This document shows, piece after piece, positions 62,572 to 64,000 of a DNA stretch of 64,000 nucleotides. The notes below the pieces were generated by a model. That model did no database searches. It had not been told where the DNA came from and worked only from the letters and a program-made list of their open reading frames with translations. The position numbers and the translations under genes are program-made. The stretch is from Hormiphora californensis (Eukaryota; Animalia; Ctenophora): positions 496,001 through 560,000 of the forward strand of contig CM035359.1 in the NCBI GenBank assembly GCA_020137815.1, given 5' to 3'. How positions within the stretch are numbered: position 1 is the stretch's first letter; every line of letters starts with the position of its first letter.

Positions 62572-64000
62572 TTAAAAAATTGTGGGCGCTGTGGGTGGAT
62601 TATCAATGAACCACAGCACAAATACAGGTTTAAAAAGATTCACATCTTCCAGAACGAGCTGTTCACAAAACCCGGCCTCATCAGGTTTCACTCGTTTGTA
62701 CTTCCCTCAATCAACAACAGCTTAAAAATTAACATGCATTCCTGGCCCATACTTCAAACTGAATTCAGGGTATTCTGAGAAGTAACAACCGTCCCCATAC
62801 GCCCTGCCATGGACAATCTTCTTCGCTGGATCCAGATTTTCCCGAATGATATTAGGAATGTTGTTGGGAGCGGTGGCGTGATAAGCGAAAATCTCATACG
62901 GTTCATCGCGTTGCTTCCTGTCTGTGCCTGATACATTGCCTCCAGCCTCCTGTTGTGAATAATGCCTACAGTGCTTTATTTCACATGAGTTTCTTTGAGT
63001 GGCAGGTCTCTTGGAGCAATCACCAGTATAGGACGCGATGGCCTTTCCGATTAGTTCTACTTTTGGATCCCTGACATTTCTCAAATCCAAACCAGCTAAA
63101 CGGAATCGTGACTCTCCCTCCTGGAAATCCTCCAGAAGAGCAGTATCCATGTGAGGTGTGGACTTGCGAGGGCTCAAAACCACCTTTACCAGGTACTTGA
63201 TGTGGATTAGAGACCGATCGAAAACTCGATACCGTGCTGGTTCTCCCAATTTTGATGTCAAAATGGAATCCTTTTCGTTGGACTTCATGAAGTTCAGGAC
63301 CTTTCTGGTAGCCCCGTCAGCCCCACCAGGGACGGTTATTTCGCTGGCAGGGATCATGTCTCCGATTAGGAAAGTCACCAATTAACTAAGGTTTGCTCTC
63401 CATCACCTGGGACATCACTGTCAAGAGCGTTCTTGGAGAAATCGATGAAGATACCACTTCCAAAGTCTGCAAGAGGGTTCATCAAGCTAGTCAGATCATC
63501 AAAATCTTGTGGACCAAGAGGAAACTTGAAGGATTTTGAACAACTCCTCTTGCAGGAAACCGTTTGATTTGTTTGCTGCAGCGTCCCAAAACTCCTCCGA
63601 ATTCTTGGGACACTTCACGCTGTAAATCTCCTTGATGGAAGAAACTACAAATTTGCAACCATGATGAAAATATCCATGGACCTTATTCTCCAAATCACGA
63701 CGATACGGATCAGGAACTGGTACAAACGAAACAGGAATTCCCCTCGCTCTCCTGCCTGAATCCTAGCCTTCTCATACTCCCGTTGGGCCACCGCTTTCTG
63801 CTTCTGGACAACCTTCTTGTACTCCAAAATACACAACTCACACTCCTTCAATAAACAAGACTCATAACAAACACCCCTGCAAGGGTGTCCACAGTCAGGG
63901 TCGTTTTGCAGTACACGGGTGAGTACATTTCTCTGGATGAGAGCAGACTCTGCTCTGGGGATGACCGCAGTGTGTGCTCACATACTTCATCTGGAATTTA
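62572..64000 (-). pseudogene. 3' end of ZNFX1-like helicase-PARP-like copy 5 (most divergent, several frameshifts; runs off the window)
   Basis: CPKNSEEFWDAAA, YRVFDRSLIHIKYLV, AYHATAPNNI..HGRAYGDGCYFSEYPEFSLKYG and FCEQLVLEDVNLFKPVFVLWFIDNPP in shifting frames. Confidence 0.75.

Overview
Eukaryotic (animal) genomic DNA, very probably ctenophore: it holds a 42-nt sequence matching the ctenophore spliced leader (SL) as I recall it, many short introns and a nested intronic gene. Minus strand, left to right: (1) the first coding exon of a MARK/SIK-type kinase; (2) a full-length CR1-type LINE that starts with the SL and sits in one arm of a foldback element; (3) RPL3 with 3-4 intronic H/ACA snoRNAs, one ACA8/SNORA8-like; (4) the PP2A scaffold A subunit gene, with an antisense papain-family protease-ShKT gene nested in one intron; (5) from 23.4 kb to the end, a tandem array of at least five paralogs of a ~2000-aa protein. 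That protein joins a coiled-coil N-terminus (MGC lipidation motif in copy 1), a cold-shock/OB-like motif, a ZNFX1/UPF1-like SF1 helicase, NF-X1-type zinc fingers and two tandem PARP-like ADP-ribosyltransferase folds (one degenerate, one with an H-Y-Q site). This array is the best candidate for an undescribed system: an RNA sensor coupled to ADP-ribosylation, possibly in immunity. Several MITEs, an ORF1-only LINE derivative and minisatellites that duplicate splice acceptors are also present. Exon coordinates were read by eye; no database searches were run.
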